Shown one piece after another: positions 34,404 to 46,052 of a DNA stretch of 64,000 nt. The translations under genes and the position numbers were made by a program. This DNA comes from an uncultured Planctomycetota bacterium. Its GTDB lineage: Bacteria; Planctomycetota; Planctomycetia; Isosphaerales; Isosphaeraceae. The notes beneath the pieces are model-generated. The model was not told the origin of the DNA. It was given only the letters and a program-made list of their open reading frames with translations, and did no database searches. Where the stretch lies: assembly GCA_963845755.1 (NCBI GenBank), contig CAWJTV010000034.1, positions 736,517 to 800,516 on the forward strand, in the 5' to 3' direction. The first letter of the stretch is position 1, and every line of letters starts with the position of its first letter.

Positions 34404-35522
34404 TCAAGAGGAGGCCGTCGGGTGCTTTCGCTTGTAGAAGGGCAGATTGACCACGCGCGCGGGCTCGCGATGACCTCGGATGTCCACCACCAGCGCGGTT
34501 TCATTCGTGGCGATCCGCGGATCGACCAGGGCCATCGCCACGCTCGCCTGCAACGTCGGCGAGAACGTGCCCGAGGTCACTCGGCCGGCCTCGCGGTCGC
34601 CGGCGAGCACGCTCGCATCTTGCCGGGCGATCCGGCGGCCTTCCAGGATGAGGCCGATCCGCGTGAGCACGTGGGCGGCCTTCCTGGTGATCAGGGCTTC
34701 ACGCCCGACGAAATCCCCCTTGTCCAGCTTGACGGCCCACCCCACTCCCGCCGTGAACGGATCGATCATCTCGGAAAGCTCGTGACCATATAGCGGCATC
34801 CCGGCCTCGAGCCGCAACGTGTCGCGGGCGCCCAATCCGCACGGCAAGATCCCGTGCGGCTTTCCCGATTCCAGCAGCGCGTTCCACAGGTCCACGGCGG
34901 ACCCGGCCGAGACGATAACCTCGAAACCGTCTTCGCCCGTGTAGCCGGTTCGGCTGATCACGGCCCCGCCGCATCCCCGGACCTGCCCCATGGTGAGGTG
35001 ATAATACCCGACCTGTTCCAGTGGCTGGTCGAACAGGGGCTGGAGTGTCTCGAGCGCCTTTGGACCTTGCACCGCGATCATCGCCGTATCCAAAGTCCGA
35101 TCGCGCATGGTCCCCGCGGAGTCATCGCGATGATGCTCCAACTGCTCAACCACCTTCGTCCGGTTCGAGGCATTGCAGACCATCAGGAAGGCAAATGGCT
35201 GCCGATAGACCAGAATGTCGTCGATCACACCCGCGTGGTTGTTGGTCATCAGGCTATACTGGATCTGACCCTCCGCCAGCCGAGCGACCTGGTTGGTCGT
35301 GACTCGCTCCAGCCATTCCAGGACACCCGGGCCGTCGAACGTCAATCGCCCCATGTGGCTGATGTCGAACAGCCCGACCCGTTGCCGGACCGCCACATGC
35401 TCATCAACAATCGTTGTATACTGGACCGGCATCGACCACCCACCGAACTCCACCAGGCGAGCGCCGTGCGATTGATGCCATGGGTGCAAGGGAGTCTGGA
35501 GAGACGATGCTGTCGATGACAC
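34404..35522 (-). CDS. gcvT: Glycine cleavage aminomethyltransferase
   Basis: FDISHMG, SRTGYTGEDGFE, GLGARDTLRLEAG. Confidence 0.96.
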   Translation of the reverse strand: MSSTASSLQTPLHPWHQSHGARLVEFGGWSMPVQYTTIVDEHVAVRQRVGLFDISHMGRLTFDGPGVLEWLERVTTNQVARLAEGQIQYSLMTNNHAGVIDDILVYRQPFAFLMVCNASNRTKVVEQLEHHRDDSAGTMRDRTLDTAMIAVQGPKALETLQPLFDQPLEQVGYYHLTMGQVRGCGGAVISRTGYTGEDGFEVIVSAGSAVDLWNALLESGKPHGILPCGLGARDTLRLEAGMPLYGHELSEMIDPFTAGVGWAVKLDKGDFVGREALITRKAAHVLTRIGLILEGRRIARQDASVLAGDREAGRVTSGTFSPTLQASVAMALVDPRIATNETALVVDIRGHREPARVVNLPFYKRKHPTASS

Positions 35523-35676
35523 GAGAGCCTCGCGGTGCGGTCCTCATCGGGATGGCGACAACTGGCGAGGGGCCAGACGTGGGTTGATTCTAAAGGGATG
35601 CGGCCGAATTGGAAAGTCCGGCCTCGGGGCGGGATTCGCGGACGGCGGTACGAAGGTTTGAGGAACACGAGAGACC

Positions 35677-37490
35677 ATGGTGGAGCAAGATGAGGGCAGG
35701 TCGAATGACTCCGTTGGACTGAGACAGGTGTACAACCAGCGGTTCGACCACCGAAGCCGGGCACTGGACCGGTGGACGCGGTGGGACCGTCGAGTCGCCG
35801 ATGCCCGGCTCGTAACTTTTGTCGCAATGCTGATCGCCGCTTATCTGGTCTATCGTGGCGTGGAGGGCGCCGGGTGGTGGCTGATTCTCGGCGTGGGAGT
35901 GTTCCTCGCGCTGGTCGTCTCGCATGAGCCGATCAATCGGGCGGGCAACCGCGCGCGTCGTGCCGTTGAGTTCTACGCGAAGGGTCTGGCCCGGCTGGAT
36001 GGCCGGTGGGCCGGGACGGGCGTGGCGGGATTGGATTACCTCGATGTCGATCACCCGTACGCGGCCGACCTGGACCTTTTCGGCCGGGGTTCGATATTCG
36101 AGCGGCTCTGCACGGCTCGGACCCGGGCCGGCGAGGGAGTGCTCGCATCCTGGCTCCTCTCACCGGCGGCGCCGGCGGCGATCCACGAACGCCACGCGGC
36201 GATCGATGAGCTGCGTCCCCGCCTCGACCTGCGCGAGGATCTCGAATTGCTGGGAGCCGAAGTCCGCGCGGGCCTCGACCCGGCGGCACTCACGACCTGG
36301 TGTGCCGTCCCGCGCGCCTTTCATGGCCCCGTCCTGCCTATCATCGCGGCGGTCCTGGCGGTCCTGGCGACGTCTGCGTTCATCGGTTGGTTATTCTTCG
36401 AGGTTCCCGCTCTCCCCTTGCTGATCATCCTCACCATCGAGGGGAACTTCGCGCTGGTCCTGTCCCGGCGAGTCCGCAATGTCCTCGCCGACGTCGATCG
36501 GCGGACGCACGACCTGGTCCTCCTCTCGGAGCTCCTCTCTCGCCTGGAGCGCGAACCGTTCGAGACCCCGCTGTTGCAACGGCTCCGCGCGGCGCTGGAG
36601 ACCGAGGGTCTGCCGGCGTCGGTCCGGATCCGACGCCTCGCCCGGCTACTGAACCTCCTGGATAATCGGCGGAATCAGCTCTTCATGCCCCTGGCGGCGC
36701 TCTGGCTGTGGACGACGCAGCTCGCCATGCGGATCGACGCCTGGCGCGGGACCGTCGGGCCGGAGGTTGCCCACTGGATCGACGCCATCGGCAATTTCGA
36801 GGCCCTTTCCGCGCTCGGGGCCTACGCGGCGGAGAACCCGGCAGATCCCTTCCCGGAGCTGGACGGGACCACCGGTTATGAAGCCGAGGCCCTGGGCCAT
36901 CCCTTGATTCCGGAACACGATTGTATCCGCAACGACTTCTCCCTGGGCGATCCCGCTCGCGTCCTGATCGTGAGCGGGTCGAATATGTCGGGCAAGAGCA
37001 CTCTGCTCCGGACCGTCGGTGTCAATGCGGTGCTGGCGTTCGCCGGGGCGCCGGTCCGCGCCCGGCGGCTCCGCCTCTCGTTGCTGGCCGTCGGCGCCAC
37101 GCTCCGGATCCAGGATTCGCTCCAGGCCGGCCGCTCCCGGTTCTATGCCGAGATCACCCGCGTCCGGCAGTTGGTCGACCGAGCCGGGGGCCCGCTCCCC
37201 CTCCTGTTCCTCTTCGATGAGCTGTTTCACGGCACCAATTCGCACGACCGCTGCGTCGGCGCCGAATCGGTCGTCACGGGTTTGATCGACCGGGGTGCAA
37301 TCGGCCTACTCACGACCCACGACCTGACCCTGGCCCAGATCGCCGACCGCCTGCGCCTCGGGTCGCCAATGTCCATTTCGAAGATCAGCTCGTCAACGGC
37401 AAGATGTTGTTCGACTACCGGATGCGCCCCGGCGTCGTCCAGCACAGCAATGCCCTGGCCTTGATGCGCGCGATCGGGTTGGAAGTCTGA
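35677..37490 (+). CDS. Membrane-anchored MutS-related ATPase (domain V; frameshift ~37355)
   Basis: TM pairs; SGSNMSGKST, SRFYAEI, DELFHGTNS, TTHD. Confidence 0.9.
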
Positions 37491-37991
37491 GCGCTCAGAA
37501 GGTTGGACCGTTGGAAGTCGTCGAACTAACCCGACTTCCGCAGGAAGGAATTAAGAGATAGCCAATTTCGGGGGCGTTCGCGCTCGAAAAAACCTTGTTT
37601 TCTGCGTTGTGTCCCCTGTTTTTGGTCATTGTAGTGACGAAATCCCAGCGTATCCATCTGGATTGGCCAGGATCTTGCGGTAGCATGGTGAGGATGGACC
37701 TACGACCAACCCAGCCCGGACATAGTGACTGAAAAACATCGCAGACCCTAGAAAACGAGGGGTTCTACGAGGTAGGGTGCGGAAGTTGGGCTAAAGCGGT
37801 TCGCTGTTGTGTTGCGCACGCTCGGAACCCTCCCCGATGAACCCCCCCGTACCCCCTTTCGTAAGGGGGGAAAGGAAACGGCCCGCTCCGTAGGTCTTTT
37901 TTCGAGACTTCTCGCCCAATACCACCAGGACCGGGGCCGGCCGAAGCGGATCGTGGCCCCGAAGGGGTCAAACATACCAGCCCGGGGCAAC

Positions 37992-38980
37992 CAACTTATT
38001 CCATTTGGAACGTAAGTCCTTGTCGATTCACGATCCGCACAGCATTGATCAGCAGTTTGGCCCAGACCCAACGCCACACCCGCCACGACCGGCGCACCCA
38101 GGCCGGCAGCGGACCCAGGCCGCCACCGAAGGAGGTCGCCTGGCCGAAGGATCGCTCGATCGCGCCGCGCATCGCGTAGAGGCTCTTCCCGAAATCTCCC
38201 TGCAACAGCTCGATGCAGCGGAGGCGGTACGGGCTTTGGCGGCGGTGTCCCAGTCCGGCCTTGGGGTCCTCGCGCGGGGCTACCAACTGGTAGCCCGCGG
38301 CGCCCGCCGCGTCGAAGACCGGGTTGGCGTCGTACTCGCCATCGCCCAGCACGTAGCCACCGCCGCCGCAGTCGGCCAATTCCGGCAGCAACTGCTCGGC
38401 GGCCTTGGTCTCGGCGACATTCAGCGGTGTGATCGAACACACCTCGGGCATCGGACGGTTGCTCCAGACGGCGTGCAATTTGTAGCCCTTGGCGATCTTG
38501 CCGGCGCCGTGGCCATTGCGGGCATCCGGATCGTGACTGGCACCACCAACCGGCAAGGGCTTACCGTCGAGGATCTGTACCAACCGCGGGGGGACTACAT
38601 CGCGGAGCCGCGTCGCCAAAGTCCGCATGAGGACGCCCACGGCCAAGCTCCGGAGTCGTCGGCTCAGAGTCGAGGGCGCGGGTAAACGACCCGGCTGGAG
38701 CGTCGTGGTCTTCCAGTGCCGAGGATCACAAGCCCAGCAGGCCGGTCGATCGTGAAGGGCGGCCCACAGGTGGACCAGGACCAAGATGTGGGGCTGGTAG
38801 GAGACGTTGACCTGGCGGATCGAGCCACCCACCGCCATGACGAGGTGATACAGTTGCGGCCAGAGTTCCAGTTCCATAGTTGCCCTCCTCTGAGGATTGT
38901 CTCTACTTCCATACATAGATACGATCCTGGGAGGGAAATTGTTCTGACATAAAGACTTACGACATAAATGGAATAAGTTG
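37992..38980 (-). mobile_element. Complete insertion sequence (989 bp), DDE_Tnp_1 type
   Basis: TIR CAACTTATTCCATTT at both ends; AAC duplicated at 37989-91 and 38981-83. Confidence 0.9.
37996..38916 (-). CDS. DDE transposase (IS4/IS5-like superfamily); may start at MELELW
   Basis: LDGK, GYKLH, LGDGEYD, YAMRGAIERSF (YREK-like); stop codon lies inside the TIR. Confidence 0.9.
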   Translation of the reverse strand: MYGSRDNPQRRATMELELWPQLYHLVMAVGGSIRQVNVSYQPHILVLVHLWAALHDRPACWACDPRHWKTTTLQPGRLPAPSTLSRRLRSLAVGVLMRTLATRLRDVVPPRLVQILDGKPLPVGGASHDPDARNGHGAGKIAKGYKLHAVWSNRPMPEVCSITPLNVAETKAAEQLLPELADCGGGGYVLGDGEYDANPVFDAAGAAGYQLVAPREDPKAGLGHRRQSPYRLRCIELLQGDFGKSLYAMRGAIERSFGQATSFGGGLGPLPAWVRRSWRVWRWVWAKLLINAVRIVNRQGLTFQME

Positions 38981-39347
38981 AACGCCCCGGGACGGTGGCG
39001 ACGACCACCCCGAGGGCAGCCCTGTAAGGGCGAAACCGACTAGGTCGGAGCCTTCGCCTGTGCCGCCCTTTCAGGGCTTGTTCATGGGGTTTTTCGGTTC
39101 CCGGGGCGTTGCCCCGGGCTGATTTGTTTGGCCCCTTCGGGGCAAATCGTGGTGGTGTCCAGCGAGGAGTCTCCTTTTTTCCCCCCTTACGAAGGGGGGA
39201 TACAGGGGGGTTCTGTCGCCTCGACCCTGGGGTGTGCGCAACGCCAGCGTTACGCGCTCTAGCGGGGAGATTCTCCATGCCGATCACATGGAGCAAGCTT
39301 TCCATCGCCAAGAGTATCTTGAGGCTCAAGCCGAGTCGTTGAATCTC

Positions 39348-40706
39348 TTACCCATCCAGCTTCGGTAATCGCCCCGTGCTATCGCCATGCCGATCGATTG
39401 TAACGCCCAGTCCGGCGAGCATCGAGAGGTACAGATTGTTGAGCGGCTGGGGCTCGTATCGGATGTGCCGGCCGGGCTTGATCGTGCCGCCTCCCTTCCC
39501 GGCGAGGAGGATCGGCAGGTCGTCGTGATTGTGGCGGTCGCCGTCGCCGATGCCGCTGCCGTAGACGATCATGACGTGATCCAGCAGCGTACCTTCGCCT
39601 TCTCGCATCGACTTGAGCTTCCCGAGCAAGTAGGCGAACTGCTCGATGTGGAAACGGTTGATCGTCTTGATCTTCTCGTGCTTCTTGGGATCATTCCCGT
39701 GGTGGGAGAGATCATGGTGCCCGTCGGGGACGTTGAGGAAGTGATAGGCACGGTTGCTCGCCTCGTTGGCGAACATGAACGTGCAGATCCGCGTCGCATC
39801 GGCCTGGAACGCGAGCGCCATCAGGTCGAGCATCAGCCGGATGTGCTCGCGAAGGTCGTTGGGTGTCCCTCCGGGCGGCGTCCATGCGGAGCGGGGCTGG
39901 CAATCGCCGGCCACGTCAGCCTGGCCGATCCGGCGCTCGATCTCGCGAATCGAATCGAGATACTCATCGATCTTGCGCCGGTCGCCCGTCCCCAGTTGAC
40001 CGTGGAGCTGCCGGGCGTCATCGAGGACGTGATCGAGGATGCTCTTCTCATAACGCTCCTTCCTGAGCCGTTCGACGGGCGTATCCTGTCGGCCGCGCGT
40101 GCCGAACAAGCGGTCGAAGACCAGCCGGGGATTGATCTCCTTGGCCATCGGCAGCGTGGACGACTTCCACGAGATGTTCGAGGAAGTAGGCGCAGCTATA
40201 ACCCGAGTCGCAGCTCCCCGCCTGGGCCGAGGGATCGATTCCCAGCTCCAGGGACGGGAGACGCGTTGCACCGGCCGATCTGGCCGGCGGCGACCTGATC
40301 GATCGAGACTCCCGCGCGGATATTGGCCCCGTCGGTCTTGAACGGGTGGGTGCCGGTCAGGAAACAGGCGAGCGAACGGGCGTGGTCCCCGCCCTCGTCC
40401 CCCAGGGGAGCGGCGTTATTCTGCGACAGCCCGGAGAGCACGAGCAAGTCGTCCCGGTATGGCTCCGAGCGCCCGGAGAATCGGCGTGAAGGTGAAGCCG
40501 TCTCCGGTCTTTGCCGGCGTCCAGTCGGGCGTATGGACGCCGTTGGGGACATACAAGAACGCGGCCCGTCTGGGGATCGGCAGACGGGCTTCCGGCCCCC
40601 GGGCTCGGGCCGTGATCGGGGCCATCGCCTCCAGCCAGGGTAGGGCGATCGCGGCGCCCATCCCCCGCAAGACCGTTCGCCTCGACAGTCGTCCTGTCCG
40701 CACCAT
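39348..40706 (-). CDS. DUF1552-domain protein (frameshifts ~40460, ~40260)
   Basis: LSRRTVLRGMGAAIALPWLEAM, FLYVPNG, AFQADATR, HHDLSHHG. Confidence 0.88.
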
Positions 40707-40736
40707 CGCTGCGTCTCCTCCGATTGCGCCGTCCGT

Positions 40737-42703
40737 TCAAGATCCACGCTTCAGGAACGGGTCGCTCATCACGACTCCGACCACCAGGGCCGAGAACCGG
40801 TAGTCCTTCGACTCGAGCTCTTTGACAATCCGATCGACGGCACAACGATCGGACGGTTCCACGCCTCGGCCCAGCGAGTAGGTCAGCATCTTCTCGGCCA
40901 GGCAGCGGGCAAACGTGCGCGGGCGGCCCTTGAGCCGCGCCTTCAGCTCCCCGGGCCCGCGGAAGGATTCGCCGGAAGGAAGCGTCCCCGAAGCATCGAC
41001 GGGCTGTCCGGCTTCCCGCTCTCGCCACGCGCCGACGCCATCGTAGTTCTCCAACCCAAACCCCAGCGGGTCGAGGCGATTGTGGCAGACGGCACAACTC
41101 GTCTGCGCGGTGCTGCTCCATCCGCTGGCGGAGCGACCGACTCGAGTCGGCCACATGCTCTTCCTTCAGCGTCGAGACATCGGGCGGCGGCGGCGGCGGC
41201 GGTGTCCCGAGGATCTGCTCGAGGACCCAGCGTCCGCGCTTCACCGGCGAGGTCCGATTCGGATTCGAGGTCACGGTCAGGATGCTGGCCTGGGTCAGCA
41301 GTCCGCCCCGGTGCTGGCCATCCAGGCGGACCCGGCGGAACGCCTCGCCCGTGATCCCCGCCAAACCGTAATGCTGCGCCAACCGCTCGTTGACATACGT
41401 GAAATCCGCGTCGAGGAAGTCGAGGATGCTCCGATCGCGCCGCATGACCTCATCGAAGAACAGCTCGGTCTCCCGGAGCATGGCCTCGCGGAGCGGCTCA
41501 TCGAAGCCGGGGAACCGATCGCGATCGGGATGCACCACCCTCAGGTTCCGGATCTGCAACCATTGCCCGGCGAAGTTTTCGACCATCGCTCGGGCTCTCG
41601 GGTCCAGCAGCATGCGGCGGACCTGGCCCGAGAGGACCTCCGGCGCACGAAGCTTCCCCTCGCCCGCCAGTCGAAACAACTCCTCGTCTGGCATGGTGCT
41701 CCAGAGAAAATACGAGAGGCGCGACGCCAGCTCGAATTCGCCGATCGGCTCCGTCCGGTCGCCGGAGGGCGGCAGGCTGACCGGTCGCGCGCGGCCGAGC
41801 GTCAAGCTCGACCCGGAAGAGAAAGTGCGGCGAGACCAGTACGGCCTGCACGGCGAGCTGGATCCTGCGCTCGAAGCTGTCCCCATTCGCGAGCGCCAGG
41901 TTGACGAGCCTCAGCAGCCGGGCGATCTCCCCGGGTGCGACCGGCCGACGATAGGCCCGCATCGCAAACCGTTCCAGAATGGCCCGGGCCACGTCCGGAT
42001 ATTCGCCCGGAGATGACGGCTCGCGAAACAGGATCCTCCGATGGGAGTCCGGCAATGGGTCAGTCGGCCTTCGATCCGACGGACGGACGATGGCCCGCTC
42101 GCTGATCGTCCCGGCCGCGGCCAGGTACTTCTCCATCAATATCGGAGGCAAGCTCAAAACGTCGCCGATGTTGTCGAAGCCGTACCCCACATCATCGAAG
42201 GGGAAATCCTCGGCCGGCCGGTAGTCCAATCCCACCAGGTCACGGATGGTATTGTTATACTCGGCGCGATTCGAGCGCCGGATCGTCACGCGGCCCGGAT
42301 TGCCCGGGCGACCGCAGTTGTCCCGTTCCAGAACGGCCTTGATCCAGGCCGTCAGCCGTGACGACTCCTCGTCCGTCGGCTGGGGCCGGTCCTCCGGCGG
42401 CATGATCCCACCTTCGACATATTCGCGGACCCGCTCCCAGACTCGCCGCCGCGACCAAATCTCAGCGTCGCCCGGGAGTGTCAACAGGTCGAGACCCCCC
42501 TTGGGACGCGTAGGACCATGACAGCCCCTACAGTGTTTGGCCAGGTAGGATTCGACCTGGGAACGGCCGGAATCCGGTTCCGCCGAGCGCGGCTGCGGCC
42601 CATCCACCGCAGCAGTCGGCTCGCCCGCGAAACTCGGCCATGTGCCGCAACTCGCGCACGACAGCAACCATGCGATTACCGGGATCCATCCGTTGCGCTG
42701 CAT
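40737..42703 (-). CDS. DUF1592/DUF1588/DUF1585-domain planctomycete cytochrome c protein (several frameshifts)
   Basis: CRGCH and CAVCH; EYNNTIRDL, ELASRLSYFLWS.MPD, TSPVKRG. Confidence 0.88.
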
Positions 42704-42886
42704 CCTTGCCTCGCTTTTACGTGGAGGTCTCCGATCGGAGGGCGCTGATTTTAATGAGTATCCCATTCGGCATCGACCCCAGATCAAGCACCTCGGCCGG
42801 GTTGACCAGCCTGAGAAGAAGCAACCACCCCAATCGGGACGGCAACTTCGACGCCGTGACGATCTTTCTTCAAGAGAGTTGAGGCC

Positions 42887-43669
42887 TCAGAAATCGAAGC
42901 TGCCTCGGGCCAGCTCCTCTTCCCATTCATCCATGAGTGGCCAGTCGATAGCACAGGTTCCGAAATCCGACATGTGGGAATAAGACTGGAGTCGCGAGAT
43001 GGTCTTATCGAGCAAGATATTGTCCTTGCGGAAGATCGGTCCATGAGACGGCAGCAGGTACTCGACGTCGGACCCGCGAATTCGCTCCAGGCTGGCGATG
43101 AAGTCGGGGAGATTGGAGCCATGGTGGGCGTCGATCACCCCGACGCAGCCGTCTCGAAAGATGTTGTCCCCGGAAAAGAGCAGATTGCCCATGCGGAGGG
43201 CGAGCTGGCCGGCGGTATGGCCGGGCGTACTCCAGACCTCCAAGGTCTTGTCACCAACCAGGATGTGATCCCCCTCATTGACAAGTCGATCGACCTTGCA
43301 CTTGGGAATCGGAATATGGATGCCCTGGGCGTCGATCCGCGCGTAGGTCAAGACCTCATCACCCTCCTCGATCGCGGCAACGCTCGTGGGATGGGCAGCG
43401 ACGGCGCACTTCAACACCTCGCGTGCTCGCATCAGCCCCTGGATGTGGTCAACGTCGGCATGAGTGGCAATAATCAACTTGCACGCGGACAGGCTGAAAT
43501 TCATCTGCCGGATCAATTCCAGCACGTCCGGCAGCTCGGCGAGGAATCCGACATCGATCAGGGCGAACTCGGAACCGCCATCGATCAGGTAGATGTTCAC
43601 CCCCAAGCGTCGCCGTGACTGGTAGTTCATCTCCAGAACGCCGGGAAACACGTAACGCCGCTGGATCAT
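42887..43669 (-). CDS. MBL-fold metallo-hydrolase
   Basis: THADVDH, TPGHT, FSGD, LPSHG. Confidence 0.9.
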   Translation of the reverse strand: MIQRRYVFPGVLEMNYQSRRRLGVNIYLIDGGSEFALIDVGFLAELPDVLELIRQMNFSLSACKLIIATHADVDHIQGLMRAREVLKCAVAAHPTSVAAIEEGDEVLTYARIDAQGIHIPIPKCKVDRLVNEGDHILVGDKTLEVWSTPGHTAGQLALRMGNLLFSGDNIFRDGCVGVIDAHHGSNLPDFIASLERIRGSDVEYLLPSHGPIFRKDNILLDKTISRLQSYSHMSDFGTCAIDWPLMDEWEEELARGSFDF

Positions 43670-43946
43670 TGCGGAGGTCGGCTCCTTCAAGATGGGCTGT
43701 CCCGATCGGTTCTGGCCCGTTGGCCGATACCTAATTCTACGAAAAAAACGAGCCCTGCATCAACGAACTTGGAAACAAAACCGCTCCCCGAGGGAACAAA
43801 TCGTCTCCCGGACTCGTCCAAAACTCTCGGAAAGCCTCGAGTCACCCAATCCGCCGTCCGCCGAGACCTCCCCTCACGATTCGGTTGTGCTGACCGGATT
43901 TCCCTCGTTGGCACGGGATTCTCGCAACGCCGGGTTATCCGGCGAC

Positions 43947-43975
43947 TTGACAGGTGGACGGGAGCGAGTTACCCT
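43947..43975 (+). promoter_or_regulatory. Candidate sigma70 promoter for the 44.4-50.1 kb operon
   Basis: TTGACA-N17-TACCCT in a divergent intergenic region. Confidence 0.4.
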
Positions 43976-44387
43976 GGATTGCTTTTTGATGGAAGTGTAG
44001 AGATTATCGTAAGATGAGTTGACTGCTGTTCCCGTTTCCAAGCGGTTACTTGACCCCAGCGGTCCATCGCCACGCGGCGGCGCTTCAGCCACGGGCGAGC
44101 GTCTTTCCTGGGGTCTTGCTTCGCGCCAACGAGTTGCCTGACACTTCGGCTCGCATTCCATCCTCGTGAATCACTCGGCCATGCATGACCCCATAATATC
44201 CCGAGAGTTCGGACTGTCCCCTCCCGATCGGGTCTCGGGTCGCGGGTTCTGCGGGCAGGGTGCACCCTGACAGCGTTATCAACGATCGAGGTCGCCGGAA
44301 GGTAGGGGGGGACGGGTGCAGCCGGATGATTGCGGGGCGAGGGGATTCGTCCTGGTTCTTCGCAAGGATCGATCATCGCGCATTTTC

Positions 44388-46052
44388 ATGAGGTTCGCCG
44401 ACATGCTCAACGTGCTTCCGTCGAGGCGATGGGGATCCTCAGGGATCTGGACCGGGGCGATCGCATGCCTCAGCGGCGTCCTGCTCCTGCTCTCGCCCCT
44501 GCCCGTCCTGGGCCAGGAACCGTCGCGGAAATCGAGTTCCTCCGGTGCCGAGAAGTCCAAATCGGCCGATGCAAAGGATGCGGAGAAGGATGACGACCAG
44601 GCTCCCGCCCCGGCACCTGACGTCGTCGCCGACCCGTCTCAGACCCGAAAGGTCATGCCGATCGAGGTCTTCAAGGACCCGGCGATCGAGGAGCTCCACC
44701 TCCTCGATCTGAAGAAGTTCAGACCGATCGCCGCCCCGGCACTCGCGGATAACGATATCCTCAAGGTCAAGGACATGGCGCGGAATATCAATGTGGCGGT
44801 GGACCCCACGCTCATCGATCGCGTGGTCCGCCACCTGGCGGCAAGGTTGACCGATCCGAAGGGCATCCAGGCCTTGATCGAGCCGCCCCCCGACATCGCG
44901 ATACCCGAGGACGCGCCCAAGAACGCGAGGAAGAAGGCAGAGAGGGAGATCTCCGCCAAGATGCAGGCCAACGCCGAGGCCGCCAAGGCGATCCCGTCAG
45001 CAACCGCCAACCTCCTCGAGCCGCTCTTCACGGCGCGGAGCACCGGGAATCTGCCGTTCTTGAAAGTGTACCAGCGTTCCCTGAATCAGAACCTGCCGAG
45101 CCTCCTTAGCAATCACTTGATCTCGCGCGTTCAGGCGATGATCGTCCTGGGCGAATCCGGCAGCGTCAACTCCATCAACCCCATCTTCGTCAAAGAGATC
45201 AACAACCCGAAGCAGACGCTGTGGGTGAAACTCTGGGCCCTGGAGGGGATCACCAAGGTTAAGGATCACGGGGAGCGGATGACGACCGATGAGGAGAGTC
45301 GGACTGCGAAAGCCATCTCGGACTTCCTGGGCTCGGAAAAGAACGGCGATCTGCCCTGGCTATTGCAGCTCCGTGGCCTGGAAGCCCTCGCCGCTCTCCG
45401 GCAAGGGTTCCTGCCCACTCAGCCCTCGAAGGTCCACATGGCCACGACGGCCATGAAGTTCCTGGCGGATCCGGAGGCCAAGCTCGAGGTCCGCGCCGAG
45501 GCCGCCCGGGCGCTCGGCATGATGCAGATCGGCAGCTCGGTCCAGAAGTTCAATTTCCTCCTGGTGGCCCACGCGGCGGGACAGGTGGCGGTCGAAATCG
45601 CCACTCAGATCAATGGCCTCTACTTCGAAGGCTCCGGCACGGGGAAGGACGCGAAAGCACCTCACGAAGAGAATCGCACCAAGTCGTTGTATCTCGCGGC
45701 GCTCTTGATGGGCCCCGTCTATCAGTGTTTCGATGGCGTCTCCTCCCAGCGGGATTCGGGCCTGCTCCGAATGGACCAGTCAGCCACACGGGCCGACATC
45801 CAGAAGATCTTCGGCATGATCAAGGAGATTTCCCAGAGCGTGGTGGACCTGATGGGTTCGCCTCCCAAGCAGTACAAGGACCGGAAGAAAAAACTCTCGT
45901 CCCAGACCTCGGAGCTCCGGGCGTTCCTGGAGGAACATCGGCCGGCCAATCGCCGCCTGGTCCCGGGTGGAGATCCGCTCCCGGGCGATGAAGCCGGGAC
46001 TGCGCTTCCCAGACCGGCCCAACACCTGGCGGACTCCCGTCGTGGACGCTAG
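44388..46052 (+). CDS. Exported alpha-helical (HEAT-like) hypothetical protein; start uncertain
   Basis: Long ORF, signal-peptide-like segment, EVRAEAARALG. Confidence 0.8.
   Translation: MRFADMLNVLPSRRWGSSGIWTGAIACLSGVLLLLSPLPVLGQEPSRKSSSSGAEKSKSADAKDAEKDDDQAPAPAPDVVADPSQTRKVMPIEVFKDPAIEELHLLDLKKFRPIAAPALADNDILKVKDMARNINVAVDPTLIDRVVRHLAARLTDPKGIQALIEPPPDIAIPEDAPKNARKKAEREISAKMQANAEAAKAIPSATANLLEPLFTARSTGNLPFLKVYQRSLNQNLPSLLSNHLISRVQAMIVLGESGSVNSINPIFVKEINNPKQTLWVKLWALEGITKVKDHGERMTTDEESRTAKAISDFLGSEKNGDLPWLLQLRGLEALAALRQGFLPTQPSKVHMATTAMKFLADPEAKLEVRAEAARALGMMQIGSSVQKFNFLLVAHAAGQVAVEIATQINGLYFEGSGTGKDAKAPHEENRTKSLYLAALLMGPVYQCFDGVSSQRDSGLLRMDQSATRADIQKIFGMIKEISQSVVDLMGSPPKQYKDRKKKLSSQTSELRAFLEEHRPANRRLVPGGDPLPGDEAGTALPRPAQHLADSRRGR

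Larger units (their letters stand above)
37956..39143. repeat. REP/BIME-like palindrome cluster interrupted by IS
   Basis: GCCCCGAAGGGG / CAGCCCGGGGCAACGCCCCGGG / GCCCTGTAAGGGC mirrored by GCCCTTTCAGGGC / CCCGGGGCGTTGCCCCGGGCTG / CCCCTTCGGGGC. Confidence 0.75.
37792..39261. mobile_element. TA-flanked MITE-like element enclosing a REP cluster and an IS
   Basis: Ends TAAAGCGGTTCGCTGTTGTGTTGCGCAC and (rc) TAGAGCGCGTAACGCTGGCGTTGCGCAC; inner inverted CCCCCTT(T)CGTAAGGGGGG motifs at ~37852 and ~39181. Confidence 0.6.

Noticed and set aside
35523..35676. Glycine riboswitch upstream of gcvT
   Set aside because: No recognisable aptamer motifs (GGAGA...CCGAAG...CTCAGG) in this short divergent spacer; an Infernal search would settle it.
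37580..37770. Weak imperfect inverted repeat (CCTxGTTTTCT...TGTTTTT..GTCA) after the mutS-like gene
   Set aside because: Too degenerate, with no TSD or defined ends.
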